DNA of 64,000 nucleotides from an uncultured Clostridium sp. (GTDB lineage: Bacteria > Bacillota > Clostridia > Clostridiales > Clostridiaceae), in NCBI GenBank assembly GCA_964467165.1, contig CAYXOL010000003.1, forward strand, positions 32,415 through 96,414, read 5' to 3'. The position numbers and the translations under genes were made by a program. Under the pieces are notes generated by a model. The model had not been told where the DNA came from and ran no database searches. It was given only the letters and a program-made list of their open reading frames with translations. Shown piece by piece: positions 19,755 to 29,200 of this stretch; position 1 is the first letter of the stretch, and the number at the start of each line of letters is the position of its first letter.

Positions 19755-20480
19755 TTATAAAAGACTGGCTGCTTCACTATCTAAAATTAATGTTACATCA
19801 TTATGTAGTTGCAGAATGGAAGCTGGTACTTTAGGACTTATTTTCCCTTTCACTGCCCTTTCTATTGCTTCTGCCTTGCTTATTCCATTAGCAAGTAGAA
19901 TGATTTTCTTAGAGTTCATTATTGTCTTTATTCCCATACTTATGGCTTTTACTGGTACATCCTCCACAGACTCAAAAAACCTAGAATTAGCTTCTATGGT
20001 TTGCTCATCAAGATTAACTAAGTGAGTTTGTGCCTCAAAATTTACATCTGGTTCATTAAATCCTATGTGTCCATTTCCACCTATACCCAGCACTTGCATA
20101 TCTATGCCGTCAGCTTGTTTTATCTTATTCTCATAGTCCAAGCATTCGGCCTCAACATTCATTGTCATACCACTTAGCACATTAACATTTGCCATATTTA
20201 TATTTATATGCTTAAATAAATTAATAATCATATAATTATAATAACTTTCAGGATTTTCTCTATTAAGTCCATAATATTCATCCAAGTTAAAGGTTTTAAC
20301 CTCTTTAAAATCCACTTCATTTTTGCCATACAATTTTATTAATTCCTCATACATTCCAAGTGGAGTATCTCCAGTTGCAAGGCCTAATACACTATTTGGC
20401 TTTAACATTACTTGACTTGCAATCATCATTGCAGCTTTTTTACTCATTTCCTCATAATTATCTACTACTATTATTCTCAT
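19755..20480 (-). CDS. nagB: Glucosamine-6-phosphate deaminase
   Basis: LGLATG.TP, FNLDEY and GIGGNGHIGFNEP. Confidence 0.96.
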   Translation of the reverse strand: MRIIVVDNYEEMSKKAAMMIASQVMLKPNSVLGLATGDTPLGMYEELIKLYGKNEVDFKEVKTFNLDEYYGLNRENPESYYNYMIINLFKHININMANVNVLSGMTMNVEAECLDYENKIKQADGIDMQVLGIGGNGHIGFNEPDVNFEAQTHLVNLDEQTIEANSRFFESVEDVPVKAISMGIKTIMNSKKIILLANGISKAEAIERAVKGKISPKVPASILQLHNDVTLILDSEAASLL

Positions 20481-20512
20481 ATTTGCACCACCTCATAATA
20501 ATACTCAAAATA

Positions 20513-21676
20513 TTACTCTTGAGTTTGGAACACTATTTTTCCTTCAACTATTGTTAAGCACACATCTATGTCATCATCAAAAATAATTATATCTGCGTCT
20601 TGGCCCACAACTAAACTGCCCTTTTGCTTATCCAAATGAATAACCTTTGCTGGAATGTTTGAGGCCATTGCTACTGCCTCATAAATTTCTAAATTGCTGT
20701 GCTTCATCATATTTTTCACAGCCTTATTTAGCGTTAACACGCTTCCTGCCAAAGTACCATCTTGAAGTCTTGCGGCTCCATTTTCAACTATTACTTTCTG
20801 TCCACCAAGATCATAGGCTCCACATTTCATGCATCCAGCTCTCATAGAATCTGTTATAAGTACAATTTTATCCTTTTGCTTTGCATTTATAAGTATATTG
20901 AAAATTGCCCTATGGGTATGTATCATATCCGCAATTAGTTCACAAGTAATATCGCTTGTAAAAATTGCCCCTACAATACCTGGTTTCCTATGATTCAATG
21001 GAGTCATAGCATTGAATGTATGAGTTGCATGGGTTATTCCATGTTCAATAGCGTTAATCGCCTCTTCATAGCTTGCATCTGAATGACCTATGGACAAGGT
21101 GATTTCAGAATTACTTTTCACCTTTTTTATAAAATCATAATTCTTATCTTTTTCTGGTGCCAAAGTTATAATTTTAATTACATCTAAATAGTCCACGATA
21201 ATATCATAATTTGGTTCTATAATATTATCTGACTTCTGAGCTCCTTTATACTTTTCATTTATAAAAGGTCCCTCCATATGTGCCCCTAAAATCTTTGCTC
21301 CTTCACTTTCTGTTGTCATTGCTTCTCTTATAGCATCTAATGCATTATATATACTATCACGACCCATAGTCATCGTAGTTGGCAAATATGATGTTACCCC
21401 ATTTGCTGCTATTGTAGCACTTATAGCTCTTAAGGCCTCTGACGTTGCATCCATAGCATCATATCCTCCAGAGCCATGAATATGAATATCAATAAAACCC
21501 GGTGAAACATATTTCCCCTTAGCATCAATTACTTCTATCTCTTCTTTATACTCCTTTTTATACTTTAGGAATCTTTCCTCAGTTATAATATTAGTAATTT
21601 GTTTTTCAAAAATTATTACACTATCCTGTATTACTCTATCTTTCATTATAAGTTTTCCATTAACTATAGCTTTAAT
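20513..21676 (-). CDS. nagA: N-acetylglucosamine-6-phosphate deacetylase (probable ATT start)
   Basis: PGFIDIHIHG, HMEGP, THTFNAM and GTLAGS. The family-like N-terminus IKAIVNGKLI lies upstream of ATG 21646. Confidence 0.93.
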   Translation of the reverse strand: MKAIVNGKLIMKDRVIQDSVIIFEKQITNIITEERFLKYKKEYKEEIEVIDAKGKYVSPGFIDIHIHGSGGYDAMDATSEALRAISATIAANGVTSYLPTTMTMGRDSIYNALDAIREAMTTESEGAKILGAHMEGPFINEKYKGAQKSDNIIEPNYDIIVDYLDVIKIITLAPEKDKNYDFIKKVKSNSEITLSIGHSDASYEEAINAIEHGITHATHTFNAMTPLNHRKPGIVGAIFTSDITCELIADMIHTHRAIFNILINAKQKDKIVLITDSMRAGCMKCGAYDLGGQKVIVENGAARLQDGTLAGSVLTLNKAVKNMMKHSNLEIYEAVAMASNIPAKVIHLDKQKGSLVVGQDADIIIFDDDIDVCLTIVEGKIVFQTQE

Positions 21677-21758
21677 TTCATCACCCCATCATATATTAAA
21701 ATTCCAGGCTAAAACAAATATCCTGAGAATCTTTGATTTGCTATTTACATTCATCTAT

Positions 21759-22637
21759 CTACAATAATAGCTCTAATGCCTTAGCTACATTTCCACTACT
21801 CTTATCTAATGCTTGTTTTGCTTTTTCAACGGTGACATCGCTCTTAATTTTAACAATGCAAACTTTAGGATCATATTCACAAATTTCTAAAGTTTCATTT
21901 ACAATAGCATCATTGGCATCTGTGGCAATTTTCACTATTTCCCGTACTCTAGCTTGTAGCTTTTTGTTAATAGGTCGTACATTAACCATTAAATTAGCAT
22001 AGGTTTTACCCATTTTAATCATGGCTACAGTACTTAACATGTTTAAAACCATCTTTTGTGCAGTTCCAGCTTTCATTCTAGTAGACCCTAGTATTACTTC
22101 TGGTCCAACCTCTATTGCTATGGTAATACCGCATATATCTTTTATTTTTCCCTTTGCACTGCACATAAGTGCTATGGTTTTGCAGCCCGCCGTTTTTCCA
22201 TATTCCATAGCTCGCAGCACGTATGGAGTATTCCCACTTGCTGTTACACCCACTAAAACATCTTTTTTACTTATGTTTACCATTTTCAAATCTTTAATAG
22301 CCAGTTCTGGATCGTCCTCTGTATGTTCAAGCCATCCGCTTAAGGCTTCCGCTCCTCCAGAAATGATTCCATGAACCATAGTATCTGAAACTCCAAAGGT
22401 AGGAGGACATTCTGATGCATCCATTACTCCTAATTTTCCACTTGTACCACTTCCAATATAAAAAAGCCTACCCCCATCTTCAAAACTTTCAACAATTAAA
22501 TCAACAGCTTTTTCTATATTACACAACTGTTTTTCAATAGCTTCTGCTACTTTTCTATCCTCATCATTTACCTTTTTAAGAATTTCATAGGTACTTAGTT
22601 TATCTAAATTCAGTTCAATCCCATTACTCTTTTGCAT
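21759..22637 (-). CDS. murQ: N-acetylmuramic acid 6-phosphate etherase
   Basis: GTSG.LG, DASECPPTFG, ASGNTPY and GSTRMKAGTAQKMVLNM. Confidence 0.92.
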   Translation of the reverse strand: MQKSNGIELNLDKLSTYEILKKVNDEDRKVAEAIEKQLCNIEKAVDLIVESFEDGGRLFYIGSGTSGKLGVMDASECPPTFGVSDTMVHGIISGGAEALSGWLEHTEDDPELAIKDLKMVNISKKDVLVGVTASGNTPYVLRAMEYGKTAGCKTIALMCSAKGKIKDICGITIAIEVGPEVILGSTRMKAGTAQKMVLNMLSTVAMIKMGKTYANLMVNVRPINKKLQARVREIVKIATDANDAIVNETLEICEYDPKVCIVKIKSDVTVEKAKQALDKSSGNVAKALELLL

Positions 22638-22691
22638 AAAAGCCTCCCTCTGTAGATCATTATGTAAATAACAGTTCCCATTATTTTTGTA

Positions 22692-23423
22692 TTATTTTAA
22701 ATTTATTTGATATTTATACTTATCACTTCTATATATAGCCTTAGTATACTCAATAGGCGTTTGATTTTCTAAATAGGTGGTTCGTCTAAATATTAATGCC
22801 AAAGCTGACATTTCTTGATTCAGGAGCTTACTCTCATACTCATTAAGCATTGTGGGCTCAATTGTTTGTTTTGCTTTGTCCGGGCGATATCCATACTTTT
22901 CACAAAAAATCTTATATAATGATTTGTTTTCAATCATATCTTTAGTCATTCCTTCAAACAAATAATAGGGGAGCCAGGCTGTTTCAATGGCAACGGGTTG
23001 CTCATCGCTAAATCTAAGCCTTTTGATTTCAATTATTTTATTTTCTTCTTCAGGCATTTTAAGTTCAAGTCTATATTTTTTCGTTGCTTCTATAACCTTA
23101 AATGATAATATTTTAGTTTTTGATATTACACCATTTTCTTTCATTTGTTCAGTAAATCCTTTAAGCTCTGATATCTCATGATTAACCTTTGCAATAGAGA
23201 CAAATGTTCCTTTTCCCTGCTCTCTATAAACTAACCCTTCATTTACTAATGACATAATTGCCTTATTTATGGTCATTCTGCTAACCCCTTGAATTTCGCA
23301 AAGTTCCCTTTCTGTTGGAATTAATTGTCCTGGCCTCAACTCTTCATTTTCTATCATTTCTTGTAGTATTTCTTTTATCTGATAATGAAGTGGTATAGGG
23401 TTATCCTTTGATACTTTTTTCAA
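22692..23423 (-). CDS. GntR/HutC family regulator (NagR-like)
   Basis: PTERELC..VSRMT..QGKGTFV HTH plus UTRA domain; first gene of the nag/mur operon; TTG start after GGAGG. Confidence 0.9.
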   Translation of the reverse strand: MKKVSKDNPIPLHYQIKEILQEMIENEELRPGQLIPTERELCEIQGVSRMTINKAIMSLVNEGLVYREQGKGTFVSIAKVNHEISELKGFTEQMKENGVISKTKILSFKVIEATKKYRLELKMPEEENKIIEIKRLRFSDEQPVAIETAWLPYYLFEGMTKDMIENKSLYKIFCEKYGYRPDKAKQTIEPTMLNEYESKLLNQEMSALALIFRRTTYLENQTPIEYTKAIYRSDKYKYQINLK

Positions 23424-23501
23424 AATCTTACCTCCTAAGTTAACAATAAATTTTTGTATACATAATCATATTTCATATGTTATTATATTGTTATGTTGTC
23501 A

Positions 23502-23517
23502 TGTTGTATATACCAAT
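23502..23517 (-). promoter_or_regulatory. dre-like NagR/DasR operator
   Basis: ATTGGTATATACAACA matches the B. subtilis dre consensus as I recall it (ATTGGTATAGACAACT) at 14/16 positions; upstream of the GntR-murQ-nagAB operon. Confidence 0.7.
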
Positions 23518-23650
23518 TATATTTCATATCTATTTATTTTACAACCTATTTAAAATAATAAATAAAAATGTATTCTTTCTTTCACTATACATAAATATAT
23601 TAATAATTATAAATTATCTATTTTAGTAAAAAACAGGAGGTATAATCTTT

Positions 23651-24499
23651 ATGAGTTTCCTATTTAAAAATGAATATGTAATACAAAAGGTATTCAATAA
23701 CAATGTTCTCTTAGTAACACATAAAAAGAAAGAAAAAATACTATTTGGAAATGGATTAGGTTTTGGCAGACATTTAGGTGATATACTCTCTGATGATACA
23801 AAAATAGATAAAATTTTTTCTTTGGACGATAAGACTAATTTTAATAATTTTAAAGAACTTGTAACTACTATTGATGATGAACTAATTGGTCTATGCGAAG
23901 AAATAATATTTATGATATCCAAAGAACTTAATGAAGAGCTAAATGAAAAGATACATATCTCGCTTACTGACCATATTGCTTTTACCTTAAAGCGCCTTAA
24001 ACAAAAGGATGAAATTGAAAATCCATTTTTGATTGAAACCGAGACTCTCTATAAAAGAGAATTCGAAATAGCTAAAAAAGCTGTTTCTATGCTTGAAAAA
24101 AAGATGAATATAACAATTCCAGATGGTGAAATAGGTTTTATCACACTACACATTCATTCAGCAAGAAATAATGGCAAGTTGTCAAACACCATAAAATATA
24201 CTTTCTTATCTAATTCAATTATAGAACTTATAGAAGATAGCTTAGATTTACAAATTGACACACGATCAATTGATTATGTAAGGTTTATAACTCATATTCG
24301 CTTTGCTATTGAGAGGCTACTTAACAATACTCCAATTAAGAATGAATTATTTAACATAATCAAAGAACAATATAATGAATCATATTTTTTAGCTGAAAAG
24401 GTTTGTAAACTTATAGAAGAGCAAATGAATATAACTGTTGTAGAAAATGAAGTTGCTTACATTGCAGTGCATATAGAAAAATTTAGAAGTGCCTCCTAA
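23651..24499 (+). CDS. BglG/GlcT family PRD antiterminator
   Basis: KVFNNN..G.GLGF CAT domain; LTDHI.F, E.GFITLHIH, THIRF and E.AYIAVH PRD histidines. Confidence 0.92.
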   Translation: MSFLFKNEYVIQKVFNNNVLLVTHKKKEKILFGNGLGFGRHLGDILSDDTKIDKIFSLDDKTNFNNFKELVTTIDDELIGLCEEIIFMISKELNEELNEKIHISLTDHIAFTLKRLKQKDEIENPFLIETETLYKREFEIAKKAVSMLEKKMNITIPDGEIGFITLHIHSARNNGKLSNTIKYTFLSNSIIELIEDSLDLQIDTRSIDYVRFITHIRFAIERLLNNTPIKNELFNIIKEQYNESYFLAEKVCKLIEEQMNITVVENEVAYIAVHIEKFRSAS

Positions 24500-24510
24500 T
24501 TTAATATATA

Positions 24511-24550
24511 AAATAACCTCCATAAGTATTTTTACTTATGGAGGTTATTT
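24511..24550. terminator. Bidirectional terminator
   Basis: AAATAACCTCCATAAGTA/TACTTATGGAGGTTATTT, an 18-bp stem. Confidence 0.8.
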
Positions 24551-24587
24551 AAACTTATTTTAATACTCTGAGATTATTTTATTATTT

Positions 24588-26027
24588 TTACTTACATAAT
24601 TTTTTAAACTCATCTGCTACAAATTGTACTTGTAGCCCTACAATAACTTGTAAACTTTTTTTACCAGGTCTAATTATTCCTGCTACACCTGCAGATTTAA
24701 TGATTTTTTCATTTACAACTGCCTGATCTTTAATTTCTAAACGTAATCTAGTTACGCAATTATCAATAGATACTACATTTTCTTTTCCACCAACACCTTT
24801 TAAGATAATAGACGCTATTTGTGTAAAATCATTATTTGCAAGTTTTACATTCATTTCTGCCTCTTTATCATCTTCTTCTCTACCTGGTGTTTTTAAATCA
24901 AACTTTGTAATTGCAAAACGGAATACAACATAGTATATAACACCAAATACTAGTCCAATTGGAATTAACAGAAGTGGATTTTCTGCCATAGGGGCCTTAA
25001 AGCTTAAGAACCAATCTACAAAACCTGCGCTAAAGTTAAATCCTGCTCTTACTGGTAATAATGTACATACAATTGCAGAAACACCAGTTAAACCAGCATG
25101 AATTAAAAATAGAACTGGAGCTAAAAACATGAAAGCAAATTCTAATGGTTCCGTAACGCCAGTGAAGAAAGAAGATATTGCTCCTGCTAATAGTAAACCA
25201 TATACAACTTTCTTTTTATTGTCTTTAGCTGTGTGATACATAGCCAATGCTCCAGCTGGTAAACCAAACATCATTACAGGGAAGAATCCAGTCATATACA
25301 TACCAGTTACCCCTTGCACTCCTTTTCCTGACCAAAAATTACCAAGATCGTTGATTCCAGCTACATCAAACCAAAATACTGAGTTCAACGCATGGTGAAG
25401 ACCAAGTGGTAATAATAGTCTATTTAAGAATGCATAGATACCAGCACCAACTGCACCTGTAGATATAATCGATTTACCGAAAGCTACAAGTCCTCCATAC
25501 ACAAGTGGCCATACAAAGAATAATATTATAGATGCAAGAACTGAAGCTCCTGCAGTTACAATAGCAACACTTCTTTTTCCACTAAAGAATCCCAATGCAT
25601 CTGGTAATTTAGTTCCTTTAAATCTATTATAGCAACTAGCACCAATTAATCCTGCTAAAATACCGATAAATTGTGTTTGTGTCTTGCTAAATGCCGCTGC
25701 TACTTCTTTAACATCAATTCCTTTGAACATTGCAACAGATCCTGAAGATAATAACGTTGTAATCATGAGCCAGGAAACCAGACCTGCAAGACCAGCCGTA
25801 CCATCATTATCATCCGACATTCCAACAGCCACACCAATTGCAAATAAAATCCCCATGTTATCAATTAGCGCAGCACCTGCTTTTATTAAAAAAGCTGCAG
25901 CTACACTGTTTGCTCCCCATCCAGTAGGATCAATCCAATAACCAACCCCCATCAAAATACTTGCAACAGGCAGACAAGCTACTGGAAGCATTAATGATTT
26001 ACCTAATTTTTGTAAATACTTCATCAT
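24588..26027 (-). CDS. nagE: PTS N-acetylglucosamine-specific EIICB
   Basis: LQKLGKSLMLPVA, GVTEPLEF and DNCVTRLRL; next to the nag genes. ATG 26027 follows GGAGG. Confidence 0.9.
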   Translation of the reverse strand: MMKYLQKLGKSLMLPVACLPVASILMGVGYWIDPTGWGANSVAAAFLIKAGAALIDNMGILFAIGVAVGMSDDNDGTAGLAGLVSWLMITTLLSSGSVAMFKGIDVKEVAAAFSKTQTQFIGILAGLIGASCYNRFKGTKLPDALGFFSGKRSVAIVTAGASVLASIILFFVWPLVYGGLVAFGKSIISTGAVGAGIYAFLNRLLLPLGLHHALNSVFWFDVAGINDLGNFWSGKGVQGVTGMYMTGFFPVMMFGLPAGALAMYHTAKDNKKKVVYGLLLAGAISSFFTGVTEPLEFAFMFLAPVLFLIHAGLTGVSAIVCTLLPVRAGFNFSAGFVDWFLSFKAPMAENPLLLIPIGLVFGVIYYVVFRFAITKFDLKTPGREEDDKEAEMNVKLANNDFTQIASIILKGVGGKENVVSIDNCVTRLRLEIKDQAVVNEKIIKSAGVAGIIRPGKKSLQVIVGLQVQFVADEFKKLCK

Positions 26028-26186
26028 AATAAAATTCCTCCCCCTATTTTTTTGAAAATTTATTTTAAGGATTTTTACATCCCTAAATTCACTGTAAAGT
26101 ATTAGGTAGTGCCATCCACGTGGCAAGTGGCAAAAGTGACAAGCTCTAGCATGTATACGTTATCCGCAAGCTTTTTCCTATATAGT

Positions 26187-26257
26187 AAAAAAAAAGCCGA
26201 AAAGGATAATAATATTATCCTTTTCAGCTTTTGCCCGAATTTAATCGGTTACACGCT
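26187..26257 (-). promoter_or_regulatory. RAT plus overlapping terminator upstream of nagE
   Basis: GCGTGTAACCGATTAAATTCGGGCAAAAGC overlaps AGCTGAAAAGGATAAT/ATTATCCTTTTCGGCT-T8. Confidence 0.8.
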
Positions 26258-26347
26258 ATATACATATTCAATTAAGTATATAATACTATATTTTTTTTAT
26301 ATAATCAATACTTTTTGCAAATAATTTTCTTTTTATTTAACAACATT

Positions 26348-26380
26348 ACTGAAGTCCTCAATTGCAGCGACACAGGAGAT
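26348..26380 (+). repeat. Degenerate copy of a dispersed element also at 60496-60528
   Basis: 24/33 ungapped identity; 8 of the 9 differences are transitions. Confidence 0.5.
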
Positions 26381-26483
26381 TCTTTAATATAAGATTTTGA
26401 AATAAGTTCTGACCATAGTAAAAATGCCCCCTTAATTAATTTTTTCAATTTAATCTAGGGGGTATTTACAAACTTTTTTTGTG

Positions 26484-28628
26484 TTAGTTTCGGACTTTCA
26501 TGGCCCTCATAGAATTTAGCACCGCAATTATGGCAACTCCTACGTCTCCAAAAACAGCTTCCCACATGGTTGATATTCCAAAAATCGCCAATACCAAAAT
26601 AATTATTTTTATACTTAGTGCAAAAATAATGTTTTGCATAACAATCCTCTTTGTTCTTCTAGCAATAACAATAGCATCCGCGACTTTTGAAGGTTCATCA
26701 GTCATTATTACTACATCTGCCGCCTCTATTGCAGCATCAGCTCCCACTCCCCCCATGGCTATTCCTACATCTGCCCTTGCAAGCACTGGAGCATCATTAA
26801 CTCCGTCGCCTACAAATACTATCTTACCTTTTGCTGACTTTTCCTTTTGTAGCATTTCTAACTTCTCAACCTTTTCGTGTGGAAGTAATTCTGAGTAAAC
26901 TTCATCTACCCCGAGTATTTTTCCAATACTCGACCCTATATCCTTGTTATCACCTGTAAGCATTACTATTTTCTTAACGCCCATGGATTTTAAACCAGCT
27001 ATTGCTTTTAAAGAATCTTCTTTTATCTCATCAGAAATTATAATACTACCTGCATATTTCTTGTCTATAGCTAGATATATTACAGTACCTACATTTCCAA
27101 CCTTACTATAGGAAATTCTCTCACTATCCATTAACTTTGAATTACCCACTAGCACATGTTTTCCTTTTACCATAGAACTAATACCTTTTCCAGCTACTTC
27201 CAACACGTCTTTAATATCTTCTTTACATATATTTTTCCCATAAGCCTTTAATATGGATGTTGCAATAGGATGATTAGAATTGCTTTCTGCATAAGCTGCA
27301 TATTCTAATAATTCATCTTTACTTATTTCACTTTCTACGTTTATTTCTGTAACTTTAAATACTCCTTTAGTTAATGTTCCTGTCTTGTCAAAAACCACTA
27401 CTTCAACACTATTCAATGCCTCCAAATAGTTCCCACCTTTAACCAAAATTCCGCTTTTAGATGCACCACCTATTCCTCCAAAAAATCCAAGTGGAATAGA
27501 TATCACCAAGGCGCAAGGGCAAGACACTACTAAAAATACCAATGCTCTATATATCCACTCAGAAAATGTAGCACCAGGTATTAATAAAGGTGGAAGTATT
27601 GCAAGTATTATTGCACTTATCACTACGATAGGTGTGTAATATCTTGCAAATTTAGTTATAAATTTTTCAGTTGGTGCTTTTTTACTGCTTGCATTTTGCA
27701 CTAACTCTAAAATTTTTGCTAAAGTAGATTCTCCAAATTCTTTTTTAACTTCTATAGTTATTAGTCCATTTTTATTTATACAGCCAGCGTAAATTTCATC
27801 CCCATGCGCAACCTGCCTTGGAACTGATTCACCGGTTAAGGCAGCTGTATCTATAAGCGACTTGCCCTCTATAACAATGCCATCTAGTGGTACTTTTTCT
27901 CCCGGCTTTACTATTATAATATCTCCGATGTGTACCCCCTCCGGATCCACTTTCATAATTTTACCTTCAAATTTTTTATTCGCATAATCTGGCCTTATAT
28001 CCATAAGTGCAGATATAGATTTTCTTGATTTATTTACAGCTACATCTTGAAAAAATTCTCCTACTTGATAAAAAAGCATAACCCCAACGCCTTCTGGAAA
28101 TTGTCCGATAGAAAACGCTCCCACTGTAGCCAGTGCCATTAAGAAATTTTCATCAAAGACTTGCCCTCTTAATATATTTTTTACAGCTGTCAAAAGCACT
28201 TCTCCACCAATTAATAAATAGCTTATAAGGAACAATGAAAATTCAACCCAGTATCCTAATTTAAACACAACTGCTATGGCAAAAATTACTACACCTATAG
28301 AGAAAGCTATAATTTTATTTCTATTATTTCCTATCTCCACTTGGCTATGGTTGTGATTATGACCTTTTTCCCCATGTTTAATTGTATTTGCGTTGTTTGA
28401 TATAAGAACAACATTAGGTTCTATCCTAGTAACTATTTTTTTAATTTCTTCTAAAATCATTGATATTTTATCTTCGTTTTGAAATTGGATTACTAATTTT
28501 TTACTAATAAAATTTATATTTGCATCAACAACTCCATCTATTTTTCTACAATTCACTTCCATTTTGCTGGCACAACTAGCACAACCCAGACCTTCTAAAA
28601 TGAATTCTCTTTTTATTATAGTGTCCAT
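26484..28628 (-). CDS. cadA: Zn/Cd/Pb-translocating P1B-type ATPase
   Basis: HMA motif GLGCASC, His-rich linker, TGES, SCPC, DKTGT and GDGVND. Confidence 0.9.
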   Translation of the reverse strand: MDTIIKREFILEGLGCASCASKMEVNCRKIDGVVDANINFISKKLVIQFQNEDKISMILEEIKKIVTRIEPNVVLISNNANTIKHGEKGHNHNHSQVEIGNNRNKIIAFSIGVVIFAIAVVFKLGYWVEFSLFLISYLLIGGEVLLTAVKNILRGQVFDENFLMALATVGAFSIGQFPEGVGVMLFYQVGEFFQDVAVNKSRKSISALMDIRPDYANKKFEGKIMKVDPEGVHIGDIIIVKPGEKVPLDGIVIEGKSLIDTAALTGESVPRQVAHGDEIYAGCINKNGLITIEVKKEFGESTLAKILELVQNASSKKAPTEKFITKFARYYTPIVVISAIILAILPPLLIPGATFSEWIYRALVFLVVSCPCALVISIPLGFFGGIGGASKSGILVKGGNYLEALNSVEVVVFDKTGTLTKGVFKVTEINVESEISKDELLEYAAYAESNSNHPIATSILKAYGKNICKEDIKDVLEVAGKGISSMVKGKHVLVGNSKLMDSERISYSKVGNVGTVIYLAIDKKYAGSIIISDEIKEDSLKAIAGLKSMGVKKIVMLTGDNKDIGSSIGKILGVDEVYSELLPHEKVEKLEMLQKEKSAKGKIVFVGDGVNDAPVLARADVGIAMGGVGADAAIEAADVVIMTDEPSKVADAIVIARRTKRIVMQNIIFALSIKIIILVLAIFGISTMWEAVFGDVGVAIIAVLNSMRAMKVRN

Positions 28629-28694
28629 TTCATCCCCCTCTTCCAAATTTTTTTACTTGCTTTTTATCCTGTATTTTCTTTATAGTATAGGGTA

Positions 28695-29057
28695 TTATTT
28701 TAATTCTTTTATGTGTATAAGTCCCTTTTCAAAAATTTGTTTAACATGTTCATCATCTAAGGAATAGAACACAACCTTACCTTCCCGTCTATACTTAACA
28801 AGTCTAGCATTTTTAAGTACACGAAGTTGATGTGAAATAGCCGATTGTGTCATATTAAGAAGCGCCGCTATATCACAAACACACATTTCGCTTTCGAATA
28901 ACACACAAAGAATCTTAATTCTTGTACTATCCCCAAAAACTTTAAAAAGATCAGCCAAGTTGTATAGCGTTTCCTCTTGTGGTATTGATTCTCTAACTTT
29001 TTTAACCACATCTTCGTGTATAGTAGAACATGAACAAACCTCTATTTTTTTCACCAT
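28695..29057 (-). CDS. ArsR/SmtB metal-sensing repressor
   Basis: N-terminal CSC, EMCVCD, SHQLR and DDEH...H alpha-5 site. Confidence 0.93.
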   Translation of the reverse strand: MVKKIEVCSCSTIHEDVVKKVRESIPQEETLYNLADLFKVFGDSTRIKILCVLFESEMCVCDIAALLNMTQSAISHQLRVLKNARLVKYRREGKVVFYSLDDEHVKQIFEKGLIHIKELK

Positions 29058-29072
29058 TTAGTTTCCTCCATT

Positions 29073-29102
29073 CATATGAACGTATGATTAGATGTTCATA
29101 TG
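29073..29102. promoter_or_regulatory. SmtB/ArsR-type operator
   Basis: CATATGAAC-N12-GTTCATATG inverted repeat just upstream of the repressor RBS. Confidence 0.75.
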
Positions 29103-29142
29103 TTATATTATATTACGTTAATTAATTCTTGTCAACATTCGT

Positions 29143-29188
29143 TGGGGGCGGTTAACAACTTTATATATAAAGTTGTTAACCGCCCCCA
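29143..29188. repeat. 46-bp perfect palindrome (REP-like)
   Basis: TGGGGGCGGTTAACAACTTTATA/TATAAAGTTGTTAACCGCCCCCA. Confidence 0.85.
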
Positions 29189-29200
29189 TTTTTTTTATTT

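Noticed and set aside
19696-20025. Plus-strand 109-aa ORF
   Set aside because: Antisense to nagB and starts inside a terminator hairpin.
26028-26126. N-terminal extension of nagE in the ORF track
   Set aside because: The RBS and family N-terminus point to ATG 26027.
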